From Verrucomicrobiota bacterium (GTDB taxonomy: Bacteria > Verrucomicrobiota > Verrucomicrobiia > Limisphaerales > UBA9464): a stretch of 46,815 nt of DNA. The translations under genes and the position numbers were made by a program. Under the pieces are notes generated by a model, which searched no databases, was not told the DNA's origin, and worked only from the letters and a program-made list of their open reading frames with translations. The DNA lies in assembly GCA_043788645.1 (NCBI GenBank), contig JAYVTS010000253.1:1-46815 (forward strand), given 5' to 3'. Below are positions 8,575 through 17,389 of the stretch, piece after piece (within the stretch, counting starts at the first letter, position 1; the number at the start of each line of letters is the position of its first letter).

Positions 8575-11061
8575 ATGCTTCGTCGGATCCTTCTTCAATG
8601 CACCCATTTGGGTCTGCTCCTATTGGGCGTTGTTAACGCTGCGGATCGGCTGGTGGAATGGTCGACTGCGACCGCCCGATTTGAATTGGGCGTCGATGGC
8701 GCGTTTCGTTCACTCATCCTGGTTGGCGCCCCTCAAAACTACTTAGCGCCCCAACAACCGTCGCCGTTGCTGAGCGTACGTTTGGCGGGAAAATGGTCTA
8801 CGCCGGATCAAGCCACTTGGGACGCGATGCGACGAGAAATTACTCTCCATTTTCGAACGGCCCACGCGACCGCCTCCCTCCGAGCCATCGCCAAACCCTC
8901 GCACCTTACCTTCGAAGTCGTGGAAATTCAACCAGCGGAATCGGTGGAACTCGTGCTCTGGGGCCCCTACTCGACGACGGTGCGTGGGATCATCGGAGAA
9001 ATTGTCGGCGTGGTCCGCGACGGCGACGTCGCTATTGGAATTCAAGCGCTCAATCCCAAAACGCTCGGCGGCTACCCGGTTAATGAAAATGACATTGATC
9101 ACGAATACGGCGCCGATGATACCGGAATCTACCGTCCGCCGTTCACCGCCGAACTCCAACACGGACAATCCTTCCGCGGCGATACCGCCCAAGGCACAGC
9201 GTTTGGCAGCATCCTACAGGCCTATACACGCAATCGGACTACCGGGCGAGTGCTCCCCAATTGGGGCCATGAAAAATACCGAGTATTGCCCCTGCCAGAC
9301 GGCGGACTCGTGGGTAGTCGCATTGCACTCTTTGCCGTTCCGGAAGCTCAGGCCCTCGCGACGATTGGTTCGATCGAGGTCGCCGAGGGGTTGCCGCATC
9401 CATTGATCGACGGTGTTTGGGCCAAGCAATCACCCGGGGCGACGGCTTCCTATCTCATTGTCGATTTTGGCGAGGCGACCATTGATCGCGCGATTGAGAT
9501 GACGAGGCGCGCAGGCTTGAAGTATCTCTATCATAGTTCGCCGTTTGCTACCTGGGGTCATTTCCAACTCAAAACCAATCTGTTTCCAAATGGTTGGGCT
9601 GGATTCAGACGCTGTGCCGATCAAGCCCGGACCGCTGGCATCCGCTTGGGATTTCATACCCTCTCCAATTTTATCACCCCCAACGATGGCTACGTGACAC
9701 CGCAACCAGATCCGCGCCTGGCGGTTATCGGATCCAGCGAACTCGCCAGCGATGTCGACGCCACGACGACCGAAATTCCGGTGAGCGCATCGGAATATTT
9801 TCAAAAGAAATCCGCGCTGAACACCATCCGACTCCAATCAGAGCTCGTGCGCTTTGAGGGCGTCTCCACTGAAACGCCGTGGCGTCTGTTGCACTGCGAA
9901 CGCGGAGCCTGGGGAACAAAGCCCGCCGATCACCCTCGCGGAACGCCGGTCGACCTACTTTTGGACCACGACTACAAAGTGTTTTTGACCGATGCCAGTC
10001 TTGCTCAAGAGGTCGCCCGCCAAATTGCACGATTCTGCAATGAGACCGGGGCACAACAACTCTCTTTCGATGGCCTGGAAGGCAACTGGTCCACCGGCTA
10101 CGGACAATATGGTCGCACGCTTTTCACGCAGGCGTGGTACCAAACACTGGCACCGGCGCTGCAAGGACAGATCATTAACGACGCGAGCAATCCCGGTCAT
10201 TTCAATTGGCATATTAATACCCGCATGAACTGGGGCGAACCGTGGTATGCCGGATTCCGAGAAAGCCAAACCCTCTACCGCTTCAAAAACCAGGTCCTCT
10301 TTGAACGTAACTTGATGCCGCATATGCTCGGCTGGTTTGCGCTGCGACCGGATACCTGCCTGGAAGATGCCGAATGGCTACTCGCCCGCGCGGCCGGATT
10401 CGACGCCGGTTTCACCCTGGCCACGAGTTTGGCCAGTACGGCTCAGCTGGCTGCCGACCCGGCCTCGGCGGATACCGCGCGCAAATTCGGCGCCACGGCC
10501 GCGATTCTCTCGACGATTGCAGAGTGGGAAACGGCACGCATGAGCGGCGCATTTCCACCGGAGCTCAAACTGAGACTTCGCGACAATCTGCGGGAGTTTC
10601 ACCTTCAACCCGTCCAAAAACTGGAATGGGATCTCCGCGAAGTCGCGGTGACTCGCCATACGTACCTTGCCGGCGCAGCGGACACCGCTGAAATTCCCCT
10701 CACCAACCACTTCGCCGCCCAGCCGCTGCAACTGATCGTTCGTTCCCAATCAAAAACCCCCATCGGTGAACTCACCGTGGAATTGAACGGAGCCACGGTG
10801 CTCGTCCAACCGGGCGGGTCTCTCCCGGCGACGGGCAGCCTGCGACTAACGGGTGATTCCGACGTGGTCCTGGCCGATAACACCTGGAAAGAGCTGGCTC
10901 GGAGGGAACTTTCGCCCCAACTTACGCGTCTTCCGGTCGGAACGTCGGTCCTTCGGATTCGTTCCGCCTTGCCGGAGGGAGACAAACTGCAACTTGAATT
11001 CCGGGTGATGGCTCCGGCGACGCGCATTCGTAGCCAGCGTCCAATGTCTTCTGCTCCGTAA
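8575..11061 (+). CDS. Secreted multidomain hypothetical protein, probable unclassified glycoside hydrolase (TIM barrel)
   Basis: Signal peptide; GIRLGFHTLSNF and QLSFDGLEG resemble barrel strands with acidic catalytic candidates; beta-rich N- and C-terminal regions. Confidence 0.6.
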   Translation: MLRRILLQCTHLGLLLLGVVNAADRLVEWSTATARFELGVDGAFRSLILVGAPQNYLAPQQPSPLLSVRLAGKWSTPDQATWDAMRREITLHFRTAHATASLRAIAKPSHLTFEVVEIQPAESVELVLWGPYSTTVRGIIGEIVGVVRDGDVAIGIQALNPKTLGGYPVNENDIDHEYGADDTGIYRPPFTAELQHGQSFRGDTAQGTAFGSILQAYTRNRTTGRVLPNWGHEKYRVLPLPDGGLVGSRIALFAVPEAQALATIGSIEVAEGLPHPLIDGVWAKQSPGATASYLIVDFGEATIDRAIEMTRRAGLKYLYHSSPFATWGHFQLKTNLFPNGWAGFRRCADQARTAGIRLGFHTLSNFITPNDGYVTPQPDPRLAVIGSSELASDVDATTTEIPVSASEYFQKKSALNTIRLQSELVRFEGVSTETPWRLLHCERGAWGTKPADHPRGTPVDLLLDHDYKVFLTDASLAQEVARQIARFCNETGAQQLSFDGLEGNWSTGYGQYGRTLFTQAWYQTLAPALQGQIINDASNPGHFNWHINTRMNWGEPWYAGFRESQTLYRFKNQVLFERNLMPHMLGWFALRPDTCLEDAEWLLARAAGFDAGFTLATSLASTAQLAADPASADTARKFGATAAILSTIAEWETARMSGAFPPELKLRLRDNLREFHLQPVQKLEWDLREVAVTRHTYLAGAADTAEIPLTNHFAAQPLQLIVRSQSKTPIGELTVELNGATVLVQPGGSLPATGSLRLTGDSDVVLADNTWKELARRELSPQLTRLPVGTSVLRIRSALPEGDKLQLEFRVMAPATRIRSQRPMSSAP

Positions 11062-11084
11062 CGTAATGATTCGATGAGAGTACG

Positions 11085-11395
11085 GATGGAACTGTCGGGT
11101 CGTAATGAAAAAAAACCTCATCTCATGAGCCTCGAAATGTCTAGAACCGGTAAGCCGAGCCGCTACCGTCAGCGCGGAGGCTGCGACGCAGTGTCATCAA
11201 ATCGTCAACTCGGCGCTGTTGATTCCGGCGGGGTCAGCGAGGACGACACGACAGGACGAACCACCAAGATAAGCTGGGAGAGCTCCCCGCGCGGGACGGC
11301 AGCGTCTCAACTTCCGGTCCAAGGCGGCAACTCCGCCAAGGCCGGAGCGGCGAGGGGAGCAGTCGGAGTCTTCCGTAGTAGCGATGAACCGGCGA
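11085..11395 (+). mobile_element. Degenerate group II intron ribozyme fragment (part of domain I, domain II, start of domain III); no RT/IEP
   Basis: Ordered motifs TGAGCCTCGAAA (11126), GCCGAG..GGAGGC, TCCGGCGGGGTC (11224), CTGGGAGAGC (11274), AGTCGGAG..CGTAGTAGCGATGAA (11361-11388); pairings CTGTCG/CGACAG and GCTCCCC/GGGGAGC. Confidence 0.6.
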
Positions 11396-11588
11396 ATATT
11401 CGGGTGCAAAGCCTAAGATTTTGGGCATAGCGCCGTCGTGTCACCGCGCAGCGCTCTCCGCCTGGCGGAAGCACACGTCCCCGAGTCATGAGGATTTGGT
11501 TCGGGTACACACCGAACACTCGGACCTGTTGCGGCGGTGTTTGATTGAGTCCTTGAGCGGGTCTTGGAACGTCCCACTCCGACGCCAA

Positions 11589-11726
11589 GTGACGGGTATC
11601 GCGACCGATACCTATGCCGAGAAAGTGGTGGTTGGCCGAGCCGATGAATTCAAGAGCTACGCCGAGGTGGAGGCGGAAGCGGACAAACGCATTGCGACGG
11701 CGTTGGCGGCCGACGTCGGGAAATAG
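11589..11726 (+). pseudogene. Possible C-terminal fragment of an unidentified gene
   Basis: VTGIATDTYAEKVVVGRADEFKSYAEVEAEADKRIATALAADVGK* is protein-like with GC3-rich codons, unlike the upstream part of the ORF. Confidence 0.35.
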
Positions 11727-11902
11727 AAATTGCTGATCGAGATGAATTATTTCGTGAGGTTCCGCAGATAAGGAACGCCTCAGAGATCGTGTTGCGCAGA
11801 CTTTCGATGGCTATGCATCGTTGTGGACGGAAATTTTCCCTTCGAGACACTTCTCGCGTAGCTCGGCCTTGATCAAGGGCGCATCGGTTATAGGTTTCTT
11901 CT

Positions 11903-12171
11903 ATGAAATCGATCCCTTGGCCCTCCCAGAAGACCTTCTGGGCGAGGTTCGGGAAACCGCTGCATTGACGGGGCTCTCGATGGCAGCTGCGATGCGCCAA
12001 AGTATGAAACTTGGCTTGCCACAGTTGCGCGAGCAACTGGCGCTCAAGCCAACCCTGAAACCGTTTTCAGCCGCCGAAACAAAGCGGGCCTTCGGTCCGG
12101 ACCCGGAAGGTGACTCCATTGCTTCGCGTTTGGGGCGCCGACGCCAACCTGAACCGGAAGTCGAGCGATGA
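11903..12171 (+). pseudogene. Ribbon-helix-helix-like antitoxin, apparently frameshifted near its start
   Basis: PLALPEDLLGEVRETAALTGLSMAAAMRQSMKLGL fits an RHH pattern; ATG at 11903 is out of frame with the body (in-frame TTG at 11917 is an alternative start); ATGA overlap with next ORF. Confidence 0.55.
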
Positions 12172-12290
12172 AGGCCTGGGAGATCTGGACCTGCCAACCC
12201 GAATTGAAACAACGCCGCGGGATCGTGACTCCGGAACGTCGACGTCAGATCATCGCGACGATTCAGCGCGCTCATGGTTGGGTAGACTAG
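12168..12290 (+). pseudogene. Internally deleted PemK/MazF-like toxin remnant (40 aa)
   Basis: MKAWEIWTCQP|ELKQRRGIVTPERRRQIIATIQRAHGWVD*: resembles MazF N-terminal strand joined directly to the C-terminal helix; coupled to antitoxin. Confidence 0.55.
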
Positions 12291-12336
12291 CCCTGGCCTT
12301 GCCCGATCTGTCACGGGTCATTTTGACTCTCCCGCG

Positions 12337-12427
12337 CTCCGCGAAGACTCGGCAAAGGCGCTGGCCGGTCCGAAATCCCTCGGACCGGGTGCCGCCTCGG
12401 CACCCACGCGCGACGCCGGGAGCGCGT
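12337..12427. repeat. GC-rich palindromic REP-like repeat, family A copy 1
   Basis: Hairpins CCGGTCCGA..TCGGACCGG and GGGTGCCG..CGGCACCC; reverse complement aligns with 28247-28360. Confidence 0.8.
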
Positions 12428-12446
12428 GCGAAATCCAAACCCAGTT

Positions 12447-13697
12447 TCAAGGTTCACCGACCGTGCTCGCCGCTTCGCGCTTCAGGCGCTGCCGTTCCGC
12501 AGCTTTCGCAAATGGAAAATACACGGCCATGGCAATCAAGATGGAGCAGGCACCCCAAACGGCCGCCTTCCAATCGCCTCCCGTGACCAGGTAGTGCCCA
12601 ATGATCGGAGGCGTGGTCCAGGGTATATTGACAAACGGTTTCGGAATAACCTGCCATTGCATCAACAGATAGCTGCCCGTCGTCAGAATCAGCGCATTAA
12701 TAATATATGGCACCATGAAAATCGGGTTTAGGACAATCGGAAACCCGAAAAATATAGGCTCATTAATTTGAAAAATCTGGGTGACTAATGAAAGTCGACT
12801 GACTTTGCGAAACCCAGGCTCACGCGAATTGAGCATGATCAGCGCCAATGCAATGGTAGCACCCGTTCCACCGACATTGACAAAAGTCGTGAAGAAACCC
12901 AGGGCGGTGATATAGGGCAACGGTTGGCCTTGAACCGTCGCCTCTACATTGGCGGCTAGATATTGAAGAAAGATCGGCGCAACGATGGCATCTAAGGTGT
13001 TGTCGCCATTGATTCCGACGGACCAAAGCAACGTCACCAGAAAGGCATAACTCAGAATGCCCGGGAGCGTGTTCAAAGCTGAAACCAGGGGCTGAAAGGC
13101 GACTTGGACCCCGTGATTCAGATCGATTCCCAGCACAAACCGCAGCAGCCAAAACACCACCATCAAAAAACAAAGGGGACTGAGCGAGGCAAACGAATCA
13201 TAGACCACCCGCGGAACGCTTGGAGGAAGTTTGATCACAAAATCGTGATCGGTGAAAAATTTCCGGACCCGAACCGAAATGAGCGAAATGAGGATCGCGA
13301 CGAATAATCCTTGGGAGCCCAGACTCTCCATATTGAAAGTCAGATCTTCCACTTTGAGCGAGATCATCAAAAAAACAGCGGTAGCCATGCCGGCGCTGAC
13401 GCTGGCTTCCTGCTTGAGTTGCCGCCCTAAATCGTAGCTGACCGAGTAGCAGACAAAAACCGCCAGGAGCCCGAAGCTAGCCGCGACTGGAACTTTCAAG
13501 AGTTGCTGGTACGGCGCCACGATTTTGTCCCAACCCGTCACGGGTAAATAGGCTAAAATCATGAAAAGCCCCCCAATGATGGTCAGGGGTACCACTGAAA
13601 CCACCCCTGCGCGAATGGCCGACAAATAGGTATTTTCGCTGAGAACCGTTAGGACCGGCACCAGGCGGCGATTGAGAAATCCAACGGTGGCGCTCAC
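12447..13697 (-). CDS. PTS cellobiose/chitobiose (Lac/Chb family) EIIC permease, orphan
   Basis: AIRAG, IKLPPSVP, GGTGAT, INEPIFFGFPIVLNP and PWTTPPII motifs; many hydrophobic TM segments. Confidence 0.92.
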   Translation of the reverse strand: MSATVGFLNRRLVPVLTVLSENTYLSAIRAGVVSVVPLTIIGGLFMILAYLPVTGWDKIVAPYQQLLKVPVAASFGLLAVFVCYSVSYDLGRQLKQEASVSAGMATAVFLMISLKVEDLTFNMESLGSQGLFVAILISLISVRVRKFFTDHDFVIKLPPSVPRVVYDSFASLSPLCFLMVVFWLLRFVLGIDLNHGVQVAFQPLVSALNTLPGILSYAFLVTLLWSVGINGDNTLDAIVAPIFLQYLAANVEATVQGQPLPYITALGFFTTFVNVGGTGATIALALIMLNSREPGFRKVSRLSLVTQIFQINEPIFFGFPIVLNPIFMVPYIINALILTTGSYLLMQWQVIPKPFVNIPWTTPPIIGHYLVTGGDWKAAVWGACSILIAMAVYFPFAKAAERQRLKREAASTVGEP

Positions 13698-13728
13698 CGG
13701 ACCTCCAGCCTGGATGAGTTAATGGAGT

Positions 13729-14964
13729 TCATACAACGGTGCTCAATGACGCTCGATTCTCGTACACTTTTTCAAACGCATCGGCAATGTCGTCCATATC
13801 AACTTTCTTTCCCAGAAACAGGGAATGTTCGAGCCACAGCCCTTGCGATCGGCATATGAGGTCACTATTGGGCGCCTTTGTGCCCCGGAAATCCAACCGA
13901 GCCGAGGCGTGCGGGAGATAGGGACCGAAGGCCTTGTTTCGGAACAAGGGCTGTTGGCATAGAGAAATCGCGTATCCGCCGGAGCACGGAATCCCTTCGG
14001 CTTGGAGGGCCCGAAGGACTTGATCCCGAGGCGCCCCAAAAATCTCGCTCTCCAGTCGCATCATAAACAGGTGATAACTGTGTCGGGTACAATCGCTCGG
14101 GCGCGCTTGCGGGTGAATTCCGGGCAACTTCCGCAATCGCGTTGCGAGATATTGGCCGTTTCGGTCCCGACGTTTCGTTTGGGTCTCTAGCCGTTCAAGC
14201 TGGCAATTGAGCAGGGCGCCCTGAAATTCTCCCAACCGATTGTTGCCTGAAATCACATGGTGCTCGTACCACACGCCGGTCGGGATTCGGCCGCAGTTAT
14301 GGATGGACCGACAGGATTCTGCCAAGGAATCGTCGTTGGTGATCAAGATCCCACCTTCGCCGCAAGTCAGGTTTTTGCTCGATTGAAAGGAAAAGGAACC
14401 GAGCTGCCCGAGCGAGCCAGCGGGACGATCTTGATACTTGGCCCCGTGCGCATGAGCGGCATCTTCGATAACGGTGAGTTGTTTTTTTTTTGCCAGAACC
14501 AGGAGTTCCTGCATGGCGGCCGGTTGTCCCGCAAAATGAACGGGGATCATCGCTCGCGTTCGAGGAGTGATTGCCGCAGCGACCGCCTTTGGATCTAAGT
14601 TAAAGGTCTGGTGATCGATATCCACGAAGACCGGAATCGCGTTGGCTTCTACGACCGCCGAAGCCGTCGAAAGAAACGTATAAGCAGGGACAATCACCTC
14701 GTCTTCGGACCGGATCCCTGCCGCCAGCAAGGCAATCCGGAGCGAGACGGTTCCGTTGACGATGGCAATTCCGTGCTGGCAGCCGTGTGCCAGGGCGAAG
14801 CGGCGTTCAAATTTTTCGACCTCGGTGCCCTGAAGGCGACCCCATTGGCCACTGTGCAAGGTGCGCAGGAGAGCTTGTTCTTCCGCACGACCAAAAATAG
14901 GCCAAGTGACAAAGGGCCGATTGCGAATCGGTTTTCCTCCGTGAAGCGCGAGCTGAAGTGGCAT
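13729..14964 (-). CDS. DegT/DnrJ/EryC1/StrS PLP aminotransferase (RifK/inosose aminotransferase-like)
   Basis: LALHGGKP..WP N-terminus, IEDAAHAHG, FSFQSSKNLTCGEGG (PLP Lys), GNNRLGEFQ. Confidence 0.92.
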   Translation of the reverse strand: MPLQLALHGGKPIRNRPFVTWPIFGRAEEQALLRTLHSGQWGRLQGTEVEKFERRFALAHGCQHGIAIVNGTVSLRIALLAAGIRSEDEVIVPAYTFLSTASAVVEANAIPVFVDIDHQTFNLDPKAVAAAITPRTRAMIPVHFAGQPAAMQELLVLAKKKQLTVIEDAAHAHGAKYQDRPAGSLGQLGSFSFQSSKNLTCGEGGILITNDDSLAESCRSIHNCGRIPTGVWYEHHVISGNNRLGEFQGALLNCQLERLETQTKRRDRNGQYLATRLRKLPGIHPQARPSDCTRHSYHLFMMRLESEIFGAPRDQVLRALQAEGIPCSGGYAISLCQQPLFRNKAFGPYLPHASARLDFRGTKAPNSDLICRSQGLWLEHSLFLGKKVDMDDIADAFEKVYENRASLSTVV

Positions 14965-15013
14965 GGGTTGAGTGAATGAGTTAACAATCGAATCGTGCTT
15001 CGGAGGTTCGGGA

Positions 15014-15643
15014 CTAAGTCCTCAGATCTTTCCCGAGATAGGTGCATCCGTCGGTAGCGGACCCCACTCGAACCAGTTCGCGAAAGCCCAACCGAAGATA
15101 GAATCCGAGGGCGACAGAATTCTGAGCACTGACGCCCAGGTGCGCTCCGGGCGAGCCTCGTTGGCGAAGTAAAGCCATCACTTGTCCCAAGAGGCGTCGG
15201 CCGAATCCGCGACCTTGCGCTCGATTGAGCAAGTCGATGTGCAGATGCGAGGGAAAGAGGTCGTGTGGTTCCGGTTGATAATAGTCTGGATGATGATACC
15301 CATCGTGTACCTGTTGGACCCGTGTCCATTGCTGGGGATCGCCTTGAGGCGCGGGAAATCGGCGACAGAGATCAGCGCGCCATTCGGTCTCGTAACGGGC
15401 GTAAAAACTCTTAGAATCCAACGCACCCAAGGCATAGCCGCAAATGCCCTGGGGATCTTCCAGGATCAAGCTGAACTCGGGTTCATACGCGAGATAAGGC
15501 CCGACGAAGATTCGACCGAGAGCATCCGGATCTTCCTCATAGAAGGGTTGGCCATCCTGGCCATAGTTCCCGGTTTTAAGGCAGACGTGGTAAGCTCCGG
15601 GTGCATCACCAGGGCGAGCAGGGCGAATGACGCAGTCCTTCAC
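15014..15643 (-). CDS. GNAT N-acetyltransferase resembling the O-GlcNAcase C-terminal acetyltransferase-like domain
   Basis: VCLKTG..G.D, VGPYL, HLHIDLLNRAQGRGFG (AcCoA loop), GVSAQNSVALGFYLRLGF; GTG start overlaps GH84 TGA. Confidence 0.88.
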   Translation of the reverse strand: MKDCVIRPARPGDAPGAYHVCLKTGNYGQDGQPFYEEDPDALGRIFVGPYLAYEPEFSLILEDPQGICGYALGALDSKSFYARYETEWRADLCRRFPAPQGDPQQWTRVQQVHDGYHHPDYYQPEPHDLFPSHLHIDLLNRAQGRGFGRRLLGQVMALLRQRGSPGAHLGVSAQNSVALGFYLRLGFRELVRVGSATDGCTYLGKDLRT

Positions 15644-17073
15644 GAGCAGGGGAGGGTTGAGGAAGTGCGAGTATTGAGTTTGAGGGACGGGGTTGGCGCC
15701 CAACGCAGCGGGATTGGAGGTGCTGGAACAAAGCTTTCATCGCTTTGCGGCAGCAGAAGTTGTTGCAACCTGGCGACGAAACTGCCGCGATAAGTCCCGG
15801 GAAGGTGAAAGTCTGAGCGACCCAGCTTGTCGCGATTGGCTGGATCCGCCACCAGGGTGACGTAGCGAATGAGCAAGTCGAGTTCCTCACGCAGTTCCCA
15901 GAGTCGGCGACTTAATGCGTAAAAGAGTGGGCGCTGACGCAACTCGGAGAGGCGGGCGCAAAAATCCCTCAAGCGGATGGCTAAATGTCGAAATTTTACC
16001 GCGCTCTCACCCCATTCAGAAGGGGGACGGGAGAGCAACTCACGGGCTTGTTTGTAGAGGTCGATGGCTAGCGGACCATCCGTATAGGGAAGGTAGAAAC
16101 AATCCCCCAAAAGAATGAGATCCTCCAGCGCGACGGATTGGGTAGCCGTGGCAAATTCCTGATACCAGTCCTGCATGGCGGTTGCGTAGGCGGCCCGGGC
16201 ATCCCAGGAACCTTGGCATTTGACGAAGTCGCCTAAAGTTCGGATGGGCACGTAGTTCAGGTGAAATTCTGTGTTTGGATTCAGTAGCAGTCCGCTCAGT
16301 TCATGCTTGAGTTCCACGGGACGTCCGGCATAGGGCCCGCAGTAAAAACGACGGCCGTCGTAGTCATTGGCGTGGAGATTATCCCAAAGGAACGGCTTTC
16401 GACGTAGGATTTTTTGCAATCCCTGAATGTGCGCGACGGTAATTTGTTCCGAGATAATTTCCGGCCCCGTCCAGCAGACGTCGATTTCAGGCAGGAGTTC
16501 TCGTCCCAGGGTTTCAAGGTAGTCCGCGCCACCGAGTTGCCGTTCCGCCATGCGACCGCAATAGGGCGTTGGGCAGAAAAAAAATCGAGCGTGGGGTTGC
16601 CGTTCGCGGACCCAGCGAAAGAGGGTATTGGTTACGTAACACTGGGCTGAAGCGAGAGAACCCCACCGTTGACGATCTTCGGGATCCATCCGGTCCGGAA
16701 TATCGTCGAAGAGCAGAAAAAAATGGGGACAACCCAGTTCGAGAAGTTGAGCGAGCCGGTTTTGCAGCTGATCCAAATCCGGCTCGTGGCTGTAGCGGAG
16801 GTCCAGACCTGGGCCTAGGGCGTAGATGAATTCGATGCCTCGGTTATGGCAGGAAGTGATGAGTTTCCGGAGCGACTCGGCCTCTGGGGGTGAGTACCGT
16901 TCACGCCAGAGGGCTCGATGCTTCAGATCATCTTTGGGCGCGTAGCAGTAGGTATTCAATCCCGAACGGACCATCCAATCCAGCAATTCTCGGCGCTCGA
17001 TTTGGCTCCAAGGCGGCCCGTAGAAGCCTTCGATAACCCCGGCAAGAAAACTCGAAACGGTGTGTGATCCCAT
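15640..17073 (-). CDS. GH84 beta-N-acetylglucosaminidase (O-GlcNAcase), cytoplasmic
   Basis: GVIEGFYGPPW, YAPKDDLKHR..WRE.Y, catalytic LLFDDI, CPTPY, WTG, LWDNLHANDYD; no signal peptide. Confidence 0.95.
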   Translation of the reverse strand: MGSHTVSSFLAGVIEGFYGPPWSQIERRELLDWMVRSGLNTYCYAPKDDLKHRALWRERYSPPEAESLRKLITSCHNRGIEFIYALGPGLDLRYSHEPDLDQLQNRLAQLLELGCPHFFLLFDDIPDRMDPEDRQRWGSLASAQCYVTNTLFRWVRERQPHARFFFCPTPYCGRMAERQLGGADYLETLGRELLPEIDVCWTGPEIISEQITVAHIQGLQKILRRKPFLWDNLHANDYDGRRFYCGPYAGRPVELKHELSGLLLNPNTEFHLNYVPIRTLGDFVKCQGSWDARAAYATAMQDWYQEFATATQSVALEDLILLGDCFYLPYTDGPLAIDLYKQARELLSRPPSEWGESAVKFRHLAIRLRDFCARLSELRQRPLFYALSRRLWELREELDLLIRYVTLVADPANRDKLGRSDFHLPGTYRGSFVARLQQLLLPQSDESFVPAPPIPLRWAPTPSLKLNTRTSSTLPCS

Positions 17074-17389
17074 GCGTGCGAGAACTCTCTTCGATCAAGC
17101 GCCGACGTTCGTCAATTCCGGCGCGAAACCCTCAAGCCCATGCCCTGAATCCATGTTTCTCAACCCGCAGGGTTCTATTCGCAGACTCTCCTCGGCTAAA
17201 TGAACCGCATTTTCACAAATCCCACCGATCCGATAATACGGTGTCTCCAAAAATATTTTGACCCTTTCTGATTCCTGTTTTTCTTGAAACGGCTCTGAAC
17301 TGGGCGCTCCGGCGGCCCTTGATTCGGGCGACGTGCCAGCTTCAGAATTTCTGCTGGATTTTCAGCGGAGCACTCGTAACCGTAAGCAA

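Noticed and set aside
15640-15703. Frameshifted single GH84-GNAT fusion gene
   Set aside because: A clean GTGA stop/start overlap at 15640-15643 explains the arrangement as two coupled genes; no obvious slippery site
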